NCBI RefSeq assembly: GCF_009834535.1
Contig: NC_045697.1
Location: 70,682,001 to 70,746,000 of the forward strand
Source of the DNA: Camelus ferus
Lineage: Eukaryota
Direction: 5' to 3'
DNA: 64,000 nt
Below the pieces are notes generated by a model. The model searched no databases and had not been told where the DNA came from. It was given only the letters and a program-made list of their open reading frames with translations. The number at the start of each line of letters is the position of its first letter. Position 1 is the first letter of the stretch. The translations under genes were made by a program, and so were the position numbers. Positions 12,191-24,790 of the stretch are shown piece after piece.

Positions 12191-12759
12191 GAGTAAAACA
12201 TTATTTCTGTCTTTAAAAAAACAAAGCTTTTGTTTAATCTGATACTTTTTGTTTAATTTAATATTTTGAGTGGTAATATTTATACAAACATTTTGTATTC
12301 TAACCTCCTTGAGTATTTTAATTATTGAGAAGTGTGTGATTTAAGAGCACTTTAATAAAAGAAAATACGTGAAGAGACCTACACCACCTTAACCTGAGAG
12401 ATGAAAAGATGTTTTTCCTTGTGTTTTTTCACAATCCATCTTCTGTATCCTTGTTGAATCTGAAAGGTAAGCTGTTGTGAGGTCATACCAGAGCAATCTC
12501 AGGATTCTATCCAAGTACATCTCAAAGTTGGCCACTGACATCTGTGATACTGAAGAAATTGTACAATGGAGACTCCAACACTGATGAGGCTAGTTTAACT
12601 TGTGTGGTGCTGAGATTGATTCAGGGGGCACCATTAGTAAGCACCCAAATTAAACTTCCTTTCCATATTTGCCTTCTTTCTCTCTGCCAGCTTGTCACAG
12701 AAAAAAAAAATCATCTGAAATGGTAGAAATGCCAAAAGATGATCTCATGAACTGGCAAC

Positions 12760-12900
12760 AAGCATGAGCTCTGTGTTCAAATCCTGGTTCCTTCCCTTAG
12801 TCCTGAGTTTCTTGGCCTCTTTATGCCTTGGTTTCCCCATGAAAAAATGGAGATAATTACCATGGCAACTTCAAATGTTTTTAGAGGATTAAGTGAGAGT
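12760..12900 (+). mobile_element. MIR SINE fragment
   Basis: GTTCAAATCCTGG...GCCTTGGTTTCCCCATGAAAAAATGGAGATAAT...GAGGATTAAGTGAG. Confidence 0.75.
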
Positions 12901-15049
12901 CCAGAAAGCATATATTAAAGCAAGCAATTAAGCCTTAAACTTCTAGTTTGGGCTAAAATAAATTGTCTTAGTTCAGCGGTATGTTTTCAGGTTGTTAGGA
13001 TTTTAAATAAACCATATTTTTCCAGAGTGACTAACCAATTTCTTAAGAAGTATTCAGATGATGAGAGTCCCAAAATATCATTGCAAAACAGCTTAAACAG
13101 ACTCCCAACTCTTATTTTCAGGAATTTATTCCATGCTTCACTTTAAGGTACTTTAAATATCAGGTACCTTCTTCACTGAAGATAGAATCTAACAGATTAT
13201 TTTTGTTACTTGCCTCTCTGAAATGGAGGCTGGGATATCCTGAAGGTGTTCGGAACAGAGCTGAAGACAAACAGGCTTATGGTACTAGAGATATAAAGTC
13301 CCACTCTTGTAAAGCCAAAATGGATATGAGCATCAATAGTGGGTAGGCCCAGCCATTTGGCCAAACTTATGCTAGTAAAATATCTTCTTCATTTACTGTA
13401 TTTCTACTAATCAACTCCCAGGGGCCTAGGGCCAGTGCTATTTCATTATTGTTCAAATGAAAAGGCATGGCAAGCTGATTTCTGAAGCTTCCAAAGAGCT
13501 TATCTTTTACGTTCTGCAGTGGTCCATTACAATTTTACACATCAACACATATAGACAATTCTCTCATCTCACACTAACTCCCTAACTTGAAAGGGATCAA
13601 TCTCTTAAGTCTCAATATATAAGGGCATAAATATGAGGGAATCATAAAAACACAGTAGCTTATAGAGAAGATATGCAAAAAGTTACTTTAGAAAAAATTC
13701 TTAAGTAACCTTATCATTTGTTAGGAATCCCTTTGGCAAATAATGAGTCAGTTTTCATGTCAAGAGCTGAAATGATTGGAGCTCATTACTCTCTAAGGCA
13801 GCTCTTCTGTTGGACCACTCCTCTTGCTACAAAGTTTAAACACCATTCTCCATCTTTATCTGCCTTAAAAAGTTCTGGAAATCACTGTCATCAATTAATT
13901 TTTTGTGTACAAAACTGAAGCTTAAGGGTTTTTTTTTTTTCCATTAACCATGTAAATACATTAATAAGGAAATGAGATTTTTGCAAGAACTTTTGGGGAA
14001 GAAGATTGAGTATAATTCATTTAATTATATCTAGTGAAGCACAGGTATGATTACTTCCTTGGAATTCTGGAATATGTAAATGAATTCAGAAATAAGTAGG
14101 CAAATATAAAGTACTTCATTATTTACTCAACGTTCCATTTAGCTCAGCTGTTACCATATACCCCACGTCCAAGACTTCTGCACAGATGTCTTATTTTTGG
14201 TGTGCCATAAATAGTATCTTAGGGAAATATTCTTTTCTTATGTCAAATGACACCTAATAAAATTGGGCAAGTGGTATATGCCAGTGATTTTTTACAGATA
14301 TGTTCGTGCAAAAATGTGACATAAGTGAATGACATCTAAGTGCTTCTGCTGTTTATATATGCTCCATCCAGTCTTACTAATTTCAGATTTTACTCCTTTT
14401 TTTCCTACCCATTTTCGTTCTTATTTTCAGTTTCCCAAATTGCTTTATGCATTGTTCACCTCTGTGGCCATTTCGTAATACTCAAAGGAATCTTTCATAG
14501 CACCAGATCTGAAACAATTTAAAAACATGATGAGGTGATTTATTTACTTCTCTCTTCCAAGCTTCCAGACAAATGGAAGTTGAAGTTAATTCTCTAGAAA
14601 CTGGGTTGTTTTTTCTCTCTTTTTTCCAAATAAAGAAAGCCAACTGCAGGCACAGCCTTCTGGTATTCATAGAAACATATAAACGTAAAGTTAGAAATGA
14701 GTGTCTGCACTGGCTCATTCCTCTTAATAAACCACTCTTTACACATAACTCAGGCAAAGAGTTAGTTACCTTACTAATGGCTCCTGGGCTGTATCCCAGG
14801 GATTCAAGAAACTGCTGCTTGCTCTTTGTCTGCATCAAGTCCCATCTTCTTTGGTCTTTCCTTTCTAGGATCTAGTCCAGGCCCTTCATTATGGCCTCTA
14901 CCTACTGGTGTTTTAGTTTGGTTTCCCCTTGGATGTCATATCTCAGATCAACATTCTACTAACCTGTGGAAAGATTTCCCAGATCATGATGTTCTATACC
15001 TTCCACTTTGACTCTTGTCAAAACTGGCTGAAATCGGTAGCCGAGAATT

Positions 15050-15390
15050 TTAGTGCTTAATGAATGTTCAGCTCCCTGTATAATGTCCAGCTCCTTGTGG
15101 CTAGTTCTGGCCAGAGGCTTTAAGCAGAAGTAACATGAGTTACTTCCAGGACAATGCATAAAAGAGCAGGTATGAGTCCTCTGTTTTCTATTTCCCTTCC
15201 ATGGCAACCTTTGAGACCATGTGTCCCTGATGGTGCAGTCTAGACCCCTGAGTGACTGTGTGGAGAAGAGCCTCCACTTCCATCACCATAGATCTGTTCT
15301 GAATTTGCATGAGCAGCACATAAATATTTATTGTACTAAGCCACTGAGATTTCCTGTTTATTTTGCTATTGAAGCCTATTCTGAAAAATA
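15050..15390 (+). mobile_element. MaLR solo LTR (old MLT1 subfamily)
   Basis: CCCTGAGTGACTGTGTGGAGAAGAGCC...ATAAATATTTATTGTACTAAGCCACTGAGATTT matches the MLT1 3' half. Confidence 0.8.
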
Positions 15391-16445
15391 GAAGATGCTA
15401 CTTATTACCTTCTCTCAAAAATCTTGATTTGATAGAAGTAAGACCAAATTGGTCACACTTTTCAGACATCATTAGCCTCCCACACCAGATATAGACTTCT
15501 CAGTGGCAAAGCATTCATCTTTTATCCCCATAGTTTCACACAGTGCCTGATGCAAAATAATTAAATTTTTGTATCTACTAGATTGATTTCTCAGCTCTGA
15601 TTCTAACCTTTTAGGAAGGTCTTATACTGAGCTTTATTTTCTCCTCCACATTAATCTGCTCTGTTTTTCCTTCAGCAGTAAAATGCAGTGGAAGCTTTCT
15701 TGATCCAATTAAAGGCTCACTGATGGACTCAGGTGAGTGGGGAGAGAGGAGATCCAGATAGGTTCTTAAGGATTATGTAGGGTTCCTCATTCTACTGAAA
15801 GGAGTTAGTATATCATGAGAACGTAGGCTTTGAGGGCAGACAGTCTTAGCTCTGTTATTTTCTCTGCATGAGTAAGGGAAGTTAATAAAGGCTGCTAATC
15901 CTTTTCTTGTCTTTAAAATGGAGAAAAAATAATTTTCTCAGGAGCTATCAAACTAATACATGAGATCTGTATATGTAAATTACCCAGAGCAGTTGATACT
16001 CCTCACATTCCAGTCCTGTTGCATGACACCAGGAGAGAAAGAACTTTTTCTCTGAGTCTTAGTTTACTCATCTACAGAATGACAAAGACAGCTCTTAGTT
16101 CTGACACTATGCAGTTGTTTCAAAAGTTTAGGACGATTTGAATGAAAGTATTTTAAAACCTATTCATTTCTATATAGAAGTAAGATTTTTTTTCAAAGTT
16201 TTCTGAAAATTAAAAATATGCTTCATAAAGTAATGTAAATAATTTTAGGAATAGGGTGTTAATAGTTAAGAACATGGCCATTATTAAATGACTCGCCTTG
16301 CCAGAATGCTAACAATTTTAGCAAAATGCTAATGATTTTGCACCAAGCTTCTCAAAATAAGTGATTTCCATTTTATCACATATAAAATTGTTTATAAATG
16401 TTTTCAACTTCATTAAACTAGCACTGGCTTAGTATTTTCCCATCC

Positions 16446-16689
16446 TGTATAATTAAAGACAAAAATATCTTGGATGAACAACAAAGCTGGGACACAATTC
16501 GACCCATTCTTCCAAATCCAGACTTTGGTCGGAGGAAGTGACATAGCAATGACTTTCACAAGCAGAAAAGTGCTGCATCTGAGCACATTTCCAATCACAG
16601 AATCCAAGTTTCCTGTCTTAGGAGGTTTTGGATTCTTATATCCTGGACAGTGATATCCTGACACTAAACCACTGGCAGTTTTGCTCATG
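16446..16689 (+). repeat. Dispersed direct duplication, copy 2 (about 7.2 kb upstream of the EMCN leader)
   Basis: Ungapped match to 3666-3909 with 13 mismatches in 244 bp. Confidence 0.97.
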
Positions 16690-16882
16690 GTTATCTATGA
16701 ATCTTAATATCAGAATCACTCTATGGAATTTTTCAAAAGCATGTTATGTTTAGGCCTCACCCATAAAATTTCTATTCAGGAAGTCCAGGGTGGGGACCAG
16801 GCATACATATGAGAAAAAAATAAACATATATATATATACGCTGGTGATTCTGATGGTCACCCTCAGTTAATAATTACTGATC
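16686..16882. mobile_element. MER5-like hAT-Charlie MITE
   Basis: CAGAATCAC...GGCCTCACCC...AGTCCAGGGTGGGGACCAGG...GGTGATTCTGATG...ACTGATCTAG. It abuts the right end of duplication copy 2. Confidence 0.75.
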
Positions 16883-18117
16883 TAGACTATTATAAAAAGA
16901 TTTTTGAAAAAAATGTTTGCTTGCTATTCTTTAAAAGGAAGTAGCTATATTTCCTAGTCCACACTTTCAACATCCTTTCCGAAAGTCTTTGCTTTAAGAA
17001 TCTGTAAGTGTTTCTAATTGATTTCTAGCAGGCCTTCTCAGTATCAGCAAAATAAAGATTTAAAAAACAGCAATAAAATCTCAGAAACTCACTTTTACAG
17101 AATTTTTACTGCTTTAAATTAAAATATAAATTCCATTTATATCATCAAACCCACAGCTAATTAAGCCTGGCTTGATCTTTTCAAGTGACAATGAGTCCAG
17201 CCTATTGAAAGATATAGTTAAATTTTTTATGATTTTGAGCCCTTAAATCCCAAACATTCCAAACTGCCTTGAATAATTGTTCATGAATCCCCTTTTAAAT
17301 TTCATTATATTTGCATCCTGATTTATAGAACAAGAATAAAATACCTCCAGCTCTTGAAGTAATGATTATATTTTAAATGGTTTTAGATTTTTTTCCTTTC
17401 TGTTTGGCTGAGATATTTTTGTGAACACTCAAATTTGAGATATGGTCACCAGGGTGTGATTCCATTAAAATGTCATTCTGTCTAATCAGTTTATTAGTAC
17501 CATATTTTGTTTTATGTTGTCCAAATAATCTTCTAATTATACCTTTGCCACCTAAGTAGAATTATCTTGGGAAACAAACAAACAAACAAAACCAAAAAAG
17601 ATGTTAACCCATAAGGTAAGTGTCTCAGCTCCTTAGCAGTAATTACATCCTATTAAATTAGTAAGTTAACATTTGTGTTTCTATACAACCAGCTTACTGG
17701 AATATAACTAGCCTGGTTTAACTCTTCAGATATGACACATTTGAGCTTCTGGGTCTACAAAACTGAAGGCTAGATGCTGATTTGTTGCAGCCCAGCCATG
17801 TCGTGCCTCCACACAAGTTCAGCCTGGGCATCACTGGAAGAGCAGTGCCTATTCCTTCTGTCAATTTTTTTCATGATGAACATAGTGAAAAATGGAAGCA
17901 CTCGCTGTACTGAGCATACTTTCCCTTTTCACATTCCAGGAGACAAAGATCTAGAAGATAAAATATGAGGCTTGGGACTAATGGTCCTTTAAGAGGCCAT
18001 GTAGAACCTCTACCCTGCAGGAGGCCAAACTTCCTCTCCACCTACTGTCCTTCCCCCTGTCTTCATTCTGTGTGAAACACCATCAGTTGATGGATGGCAC
18101 TTCTACCAGAGACACAT

Positions 18118-19215
18118 CTGGGGGCAGATTTATCACAAAGCTAATGAAATTTATGCTTCAGAGACTTTCACTTGCATATACTACTTTCAAGGTCATCTGG
18201 GCAGGACCTAGCAATGTTTTCATGTAGTTATGTGTTTTTGCTGTAAAATTTGTAAAAGGAAGATGCTTTCACTGAAACCAGTTAGGATTTTTGTCTCTCT
18301 TTCCCTTGTCTCCATTTCTTTCCTGCTGGGTAGCATTGGAATGGATATTATGAGCATATGAGTTACAGGAAATTGAGTTCAGAATTTATTTAGGATTTGG
18401 TGGTATGCATTTTCTGTGGTTTGCAGTCACTTCTATGTATTATTAAGTTACGACTGGCTACTCCAATGTACCACTGCCTTTCAAGGAATGTCTTTACTGG
18501 TCCCTGCACTGACTGGCCTTGTGCTGTGCATGAATCAGCAAGGCCCCTTGTCTGCTTGTGATATGAATGTGTTTGATAGCTCTTGGTAATGGAATTTTGT
18601 GAATTGTGGAAGCAAAACAACGTGTGAAATCTATGGAGTCAAATAGTAGTTTGTGAATAATTTCTAATTATGAGATGCATCAAGTTACATGCTGACCATG
18701 CGTTTCCTTTTGTTCTCTTCTCAGGAAAACAATCTGCCATATATTCACTTAAAACACAATGTAATTTATTTTCTCTTTTGATAGGATTCATGAGAAACAG
18801 AATTTATCAGGTGGCTAGTATTTCTTGGGTTAATTTTACAAAGAGCAAGTATAAATGTGTATGCAGTCACGTGTTTGGGCGTCTCAGCTGTAAGTAACCT
18901 AAAACAAATTTTGTTCAGCCCAGCCAGAGAAAGACTGATTATCTTTCTCTTTTCCCTGTAAAAAAAAATGGTTTTACAAAATTTTTGTCATTTGAAGGAG
19001 TAATCAAATACTATAAAGCCAAAATATGCAGAAAATAAGTATTACAGAAGCGTGTTTTTTTGACATTTGTGATATTTGTTGGCTTTTAAAACATGTAAAC
19101 CGTTGTGCTTTCTCTCACTCTAAATGAATAATTACCTCCATACCTTAGATCTTTTATTTAATAATGACTATCACTTTTTATAAGTATCAGTCCCCACAAA
19201 ATCTTTTTCTTGTCC
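18118..19215 (+). mobile_element. Zaphod/MER115-like hAT DNA transposon, internally deleted, both ends present
   Basis: 5' end GGGGCAGATTTATCACAAAGCTAATGAAATTTATGCTTCAG; degraded hAT C-terminal coding remnant at about 18900-19035 (DYLSLF...LSFEGVIKYY); 3' end TATAAGTATCAGTCCCCACAAAA. Confidence 0.8.
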
Positions 19216-20059
19216 TTCCTGGGGGAGCTAAATGGAGGATGTTAAAATGTCTAAAATATTTAACTAAAAGATAATGTGGTTCTGGGAGAATGTCTCTAAA
19301 TCTGTGTAAGGCAGATGAAACTGTACCAGTTCTGTTTTTCAATTTCATATTCTCTCTCTCTCATACCCCCCCCCCCACACACACACACAGAGGCTGTCTA
19401 GGCTTTTCATACCTTAAAGAACAGAATGGATGTTCTCTCCATTCAACATTGTAATTTGCATAGACAATCACTAAGCCTCAGTGGAAGAATTCTACTGTAA
19501 CTTTGTTTTCTTGTTTCCACAAAAGGCCAAATAATACTTCCCCTCTATTGACTCCACATCTATGTGGAAAGTTCACCCTTCTCAAGCCTCTATGTCCCTA
19601 AACAATGTTTATCTGCTCTGGGTTTCTGAGTGTGATCTTTCAACTCCTCTTACATTTCTGAGCAGCTGTCCTTAATTATTTATGCTGTAGATGCTAACCA
19701 GGACCACAGCACAAAATCACGCAGAAGAAAGGTTCTGTTCTCCCCAGGAAAACCACAAGGAAGATACTCCTTGATCAGATGAATAGATCTTATAACTGAA
19801 TCTACAAAACTAATGACTAGATTTTTTTTTTCCCACAGTCTTTGAAATAAAGGAAAAGCATCCAGCTGGATGGGTTTATGCTAAAATAAGCTTGAGAAGT
19901 CCTCATTTAGTATAGTACTCACACTAGAGGCTCACAAGTTAACTAGGGCAGTGTCAGGCTCTGAACCAGTCTCCTGCTCTTGGTCCAATGCTTTTCTGGT
20001 TACACTCCAGAGTAACAAGTAAGACTAACAAGGGAAGTTATGCAACGAAAATATATAAC

Positions 20060-21870
20060 AAGGAAACTGTATTCTAGTAATTTAGAATTCTCTGAAGACT
20101 AGACATTAAATCAAGACCTGGAAGATGAGTGAGTCTTAGATACACAAAGAAAGAGAGTGTTGGGAAACTGTGGAAGTCTGGAAACAGAAAAATCTCATTA
20201 AATTCAACGCAGAGGAAAATAGGTCATTGTGGCTAGAGAGAAATGAGCAGGAGGGAGACAGTACAATAGGGGACCAGAATGATGAGAGGAAAAGCATGAG
20301 CTAGAGGTATGAATTTAGTACATGTTATGTATACATGGTCATTTAAAGTAACTGCAATGGATAAAACTGAAAAGGAAGAAAGGGCCTACAGTAATTCTAA
20401 CATTTAATTGTTAGGTGAAGGATAAGCAGTGTACAAAGACAAAAAGAACTTCCAAAAGATAAGACAGAAACCTCTTGACAAAAAAAAAGTGTCTCAATAA
20501 GAGTGGAGAGACCCGAATTAACTATGCTTCAATTTTGAAAAATGATTAAAAAAAAAAAAAAGAGTGGAGAGACTCACACCCTGGAACGCTGCTAAAAAGA
20601 TTAAGTAAGATAAGGCCTTTAAATGACCCCAAGGATTTAGCAATATCTCAATAGGTAATGTGGATGGAAGCCATATTAATGGTTTAATGGAATGGTTTAA
20701 TACATGATCAGAAGATTGGGAATTATTGTGAGAAAATATAGGCTGCAATCATAGGAGAAATTTTTTGAGTTTAACTGGGGAGAATCATAGAAGGGAGAGG
20801 AATTACTGGGAAGTGGAAACTCTTTTGGACTGGGCCAATTATGATCAGGAAATGGGAAACAGAAAATGTAGATTGCAAGTACATATGAGAGATTTTTCTG
20901 TTCCACTGGGAAGTAGAGTCAAAAGGGAAATTATTATTGGGAGGTGGGTATAGAGCCTAGGAAATATTTTTGAAAAGATTACTTCTACTGCAGGGTGACA
21001 AATAGGTTGGAACGGCCCAGGAGAGGGAATTCATGACAAGGTCACTGTTTTCATACACGCAAAAGATGGCTTGACTAGGGCAGATACGGCCTGAACTAGA
21101 TAAATTCATGAAATACTTTGAAAGCAAAATTTGCAAGGCTTGCCAATTATTTGTATAATCAGAGGGAAACAGAGGAGTCAAGGATGATTCCTAGATTTCT
21201 GGTCTGAATAATCAGATGAGTGATTGAGTTATTTACTAAAAAGAAGAACTAACTATAGGAGGAGCGGCTTCGTGAGCAGAGCAGGAATTGAAGTCCAGCA
21301 TGTTGAACGTTAACTTTTGAGTATGGATAAAGTTTGAGGTGTCTGTAAAAGCACCAAATAAAAGTAGACTGTCTTCAGTTGGACTGGGGCTCAGAAGAGA
21401 GGATTGGGTCAAAGATATAATTTTGTAGGAGGCAGCTCTGGATTATGTGGTAGTTAAAGCCATGGAATAGATGGGATATCAAGGAAGCGTATGCAGAGAC
21501 AGGAGGGAAGACGATCTAGAATGCAAGCCTGAGGCACTCTTCCACTTAAAGGAATCACAGTAGACAGAGGAGAAGAAGGAAAGCAGTGAGCAGAAAGACA
21601 GGAGGAAATGTAGAAGGGGTCCCTGTCTTGGAAGCCAAGGGCAGAAAATGACTAGAGAAGAAAATGATCAATTTGCAGCAAATGATTCTGAAGAGAGAAA
21701 GAAGGGTTGAAAAATGTTATTTGGATTTAGGGTCATAGAGGTCATTGATGGCTAAACTGGGAGCCAGCTGAATATAGGGTTGGGGGTTAGGGTTAGCGTG
21801 AAAACCAATGTCAGAGTTAACAGATGTAAAGAACAGACAGAGTGTATAGACTATTATTTCAAGAAGTTTT
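20060..21870 (-). mobile_element. L2 LINE fragments
   Basis: GAGGAGTCAAGGATGATTCCTAGATTTCTGGTCTGA, AAGTTTGAGGTGTCTGT and GTCTTGGAAGCCAAGGG are purine-rich antisense L2 hallmarks. Confidence 0.85.
20513..20559 (+). mobile_element. 47-bp extremely truncated L1 3' terminus with 14-bp target-site duplication
   Basis: AAGAGTGGAGAGAC at 20499-20512 and 20560-20573 flanks ...AACTATGCTTCAATTTTGAAAAATGATT plus poly-A. Compare the L1 terminus ACTATACTTCAATAAAA at about 27376. Confidence 0.8.
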
Positions 21871-21904
21871 TAAAGAGTTGAAGAGGCAGGAGGAAATCTG
21901 AGGT

Positions 21905-22520
21905 GCTATAAGGCTGTATCCGCTGTAAATAGTTTGTGACTCATATTCCTTTGACACTGCCCGCCTCTCAGATCCTTGGCCTCAGTGGAGGCCAAGCAAC
22001 TCTGTTAGAACAACACGGGTTCCTTGTCTGGGCCTGACCAGTCACATGCCTAAGAGGCTCTCTCTCTCGGATCCCTTCTGCAGCCAAGCTGACCAGTTGC
22101 ACCACAGGATTTTCTGGCTTCTCCTGTCACTTCTGAACTTGGATGAATCACAACCACAATCATACTAACAGATTCCAGTGTGGATTCTGGCATCCCAGAG
22201 CATCAGACCACAAAAAACTCCAAAGAGCAGAGAATTGCACTCCTCAAAGGCCACGCACTGCCCAGTGGAAAACCAAAGCTAGAAGGGAGTTAAGCAAATC
22301 AACCCCTCATCCTTCTTCCTCTCCAGGGACTACCAGGGGCACATTTGCTTCCTGTAGCCTTTCTAGAGAAATTGTAAGAGTCAAGCAGTCATGTCTGTTG
22401 AAGAACCTTCTGCACACTTCAGAGCTAACAGGGAGGGGGCAGCTGTTTGATAACACCTTGTTTGCTGTTGCTTTATGCCCTCCCTTGCCTCACTTTTTTT
22501 TCCCCTTTCATATGTGGCAT
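21905..22520 (+). mobile_element. Probable ancient ERVL-class solo LTR
   Basis: A GC-richer block interrupts L2 DNA, with GGGAGTTAAG...CCCCTCATCCTT and CTTCCTGTAGCCTTTCTAGAGA segments reminiscent of LTR33/LTR40-type elements. Family uncertain. Confidence 0.45.
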
Positions 22521-22764
22521 TAGTGCTTCAATTTTGGTAACTGAACAAAATGGCTAGGCTTCCTCGCTGATAGTATAACTGAGATCAGGGGGCCTCGTTT
22601 TAAAGACAGGGAGACCTGAGCATGTCTATCTACCAAAGAGAAGAATCTTGTCAGGAAGGAAACACTGAAGATGCAGGAGAAAGGGAGATTCATCACTGGG
22701 GTGTGGTTTTCGAGTACAGAGACATGAGGGGTCCCATAGTACACGTGGAAAGTGAAACTGAGTT

Positions 22765-22995
22765 TTATTAAGCTCTAATTATGTGCCAGGCTCCCTTCTC
22801 AATGATAAAAATATACTGTTTTTCTTTTTTAGTTCTCACACAATCTGTTAAAGTAATCTTCCCCATTGTCCTCATATTGCAGATGAAGAAACTAAGGTAC
22901 AGAGAACTTTAAGGAATTTTCCCAAGTCACAGAGACTTTAAGTGGAGGGGACAAACTATATTTCAAGCATCCATTCCCAGAGCCAGTATTCACTC
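22765..22995 (-). mobile_element. MIR SINE
   Basis: TATGTGCCAGG...TGCAGATGAAGAAACTAAGGTACAGAGA...TCCCAAGTCACAGAG. Confidence 0.88.
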
Positions 22996-23229
22996 AGTGG
23001 ACTTTACTACTTCCCTTTTATTAGGAAAAGATAATCTCCTCCATTGTGATTAGAAGAAAGGAGGAGAGGTTCAACACAGTTGCGGATATGAAGGTGTTTG
23101 TGACAGAAAGGTGAGGGAGTTCCCATCAGATTGCTCCGAATTTCCCAGTGGACTGCACCATCAACTAAGAGTGAGCAGGAAAGGGTATGTTGGGGATTTG
23201 ATAACAATAAAATCAAATTAGAAATCATT

Positions 23230-23882
23230 TCATCTATAGCTCCGGCTGTTGCAGTAACCTCCAATCACTCTGCTGTACCTTCATCTCTCTCCAGTCTGTT
23301 CCCAGCATAGCAGCAGAGTGAAGCTGTTAAACTCAGTTCACATCCTGTCGCTCTGCTCCAACTCACCAATGACTTGTCTGGTTCAGATGAAGAACCGAGC
23401 AGTAATTAAGACCATGCAATTCATTCTATCCCTGCTGGTCTCCTGTCTGAGATCATCTCCTATTTCTCTCTCCCTTGTTCACTCAGCTTCTGCCTTCCAT
23501 GAAAACACAAGTCATGATCTCAGTGTACTTTGTCCTCCTCCTGGGATTCTCACTCTTCACACACCCAACAGGCTAGTTTCTTCACATCTTCCAGGATTTG
23601 CCCCAAACTTGCCTCTCAGAGAAGACTTTCCTGGCCACACTAAGATGTCAATGATCCCACCGACATCTCTTATCCCCATGCCTTCTTTACTGTTTTCTCC
23701 TTGGCACTTATAATTGCCTTTCATGTTACATACTTCATTTTTTGGTCTTGTTTATTGTCTATCTTTCCTACTAGAATGTAAAAGTGAGAAAAGCAGAGCT
23801 TTTTGTCTGCTTTTCTGCTCCTGTATTGCTAGCGGCTCCTGGCTCATAGATGCTCAATAAGTATTTGTTGAGTGAATGAATT
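23230..23882 (+). mobile_element. L2a 3' end
   Basis: CTAGAATGTAAA...CCTGGCTCATAGATGCTCAATAAGTATTTGTTGAGTGAATGAA terminus. Confidence 0.9.
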
Positions 23883-24631
23883 GTTATAGAGAGTGAGAGA
23901 GTCAGGTGCTTATTAAAATGTACTAAGAGATCTAGTAATGCAGGACCCAAGTTGATGGTGGTGACCATGAGTATGTGATTTTCCTCTACAGCTGTAATTG
24001 CAAGGGGACAGGGGCAGGAAGGGGAGGGAGAGTGCTTTCCTTCCACCAGACATTGTCTCAGAGATGTCTTTCTTGTTTTCTACCTTCAACAATATCATGG
24101 GTTTCTTTTTATGTCTTATGAAACTTTAGACAGACAAGGATGAAAGATGAGTCACTTTTAGAGGGCTTGTTAAAATTCAGACGGGAGTTGTTAATTGTTA
24201 GATGTGTGATAAATATTTTGAATACAGGAAATTGTGTTCTAATCCACGAGGTGAGCTTCAGTTCAGACCTTAAGTTGCACACATGTTTTTTTTTTGTCTA
24301 GGAACAACTTGTACTTGTTGGCAGACCTGTGAATTTGCTGCTTTGATGCTCTACCCAGTCAGTGTTTAAGTTTGAAGGGTCACAGACCAGGCATGGAGTC
24401 CTGATATGTGAGTTAGTACATTCCCATCTAATTTTCCACTCCCAAGAAATGGAAAAGATTGAACCATTAAGTGATAAGAAGCTTCCTAATTGTGAGAAAC
24501 AAGTCTTCTAATGCAGCATGAAGAGTTAGTCTCAGCTGTAATTGAGAAGGTGATCGTTTAAGGAGACATTGTAAAGAGAATTTTAAAAAGGCACCATGAT
24601 CTTCAACTCAGTAGTGGCACTTACACAGGAA

Positions 24632-24790
24632 TAGTGGTTTTTCAAATTTGGCACAGGAATCCTCTGTGTTTGCTAAATGCAGACTCCTGCGTTCAACTCA
24701 GGATCTAATGTGTAAACATCTCTAAGGTTGGGTCCTAGAATCTTAATTTTGTGTAAGCACCACAGCTGATTCTATTGTAAATTGTCTATA
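24632..24790. mobile_element. MER5-like MITE
   Basis: AGTGGTTTTTCAAA...AAATGCAGACTCCTG...CTGATTCT. Confidence 0.65.
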
